Shown piece after piece: positions 63,886-64,000 of a stretch of DNA of 64,000 bases (the first letter of the stretch is position 1; each line of letters starts with the position of its first letter). The DNA is taken from positions 64,001-128,000 of IMG/VR virus record IMGVR_UViG_3300043414_000372, one strand, 5' to 3'. This stretch comes from a virus (Duplodnaviria; Caudoviricetes). The notes below the pieces were generated by a model, which worked only from the letters and a program-made list of their open reading frames with translations, did not search any database and was not told the DNA's origin. The position numbers and the translations under genes are program-made.

Positions 63886-64000
63886 AGTTTGTATTTAGTC
63901 TCATAGTATGTTCTTAACCAAGCCCAATCGTAACTCAATCGTAATTTCTCAAAGTCACCATTCACCTCATTGTAGTATTCTACAGCATGTTGCGCTGAAT
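63882..64000 (-). CDS. 3' end of a gene truncated by the window edge
   Basis: Open frame ...AQHAVEYYNEVNGDFEKLRLSYDWAWLRTYYETKYKL-stop overlapping the next ATG. Confidence 0.55.
   Translation of the reverse strand, partial: SAQHAVEYYNEVNGDFEKLRLSYDWAWLRTYYETKYKL

Overview
This window is a 64 kb segment of a large, AT-rich, T4-like (contractile-tail) dsDNA bacteriophage genome, almost entirely on the minus strand. It carries virion genes (tail tube, very large tail sheath, neck gp13/gp14/gp15-like, tail fibre, gp9/10-like, terminase large subunit, two-component spanin), replication/recombination genes (gp41 helicase, gp61 primase, UvsW, UvsX, UvsY, gp32 SSB, putative gp62), nucleotide metabolism genes (dNMP kinase, MazG-like, NUDIX, ThyA) and host-type accessory genes (IscA, porin, GT2, LpxH-like phosphoesterase, epimerase, 2OG-Fe dioxygenase, FG-GAP lipoprotein). 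The porin, IscA and tmRNA tag suggest a Gram-negative, probably betaproteobacterial, host (inference). Best findings: (1) a circularly permuted two-piece tmRNA (tag ANDELYSLAA) behind a late-type promoter, with a long structured intervening segment; (2) a coupled tandem array of 12 divergent small paralogues sharing W-x-x-N-x-G and F-x-D-x-x-D-A-x-x-F-x-L-R-W motifs, with a recurring DNA junction; (3) repeated ~55-60 bp TTGACA-17-TATAAT promoter/RBS cassettes, most heading one or two small genes; (4) a 203 aa minimal DnaE-like protein; (5) pseudoknot-like leaders upstream of a virion gene and of the SSB gene. All family assignments come from motif recognition by eye; no searches were run.
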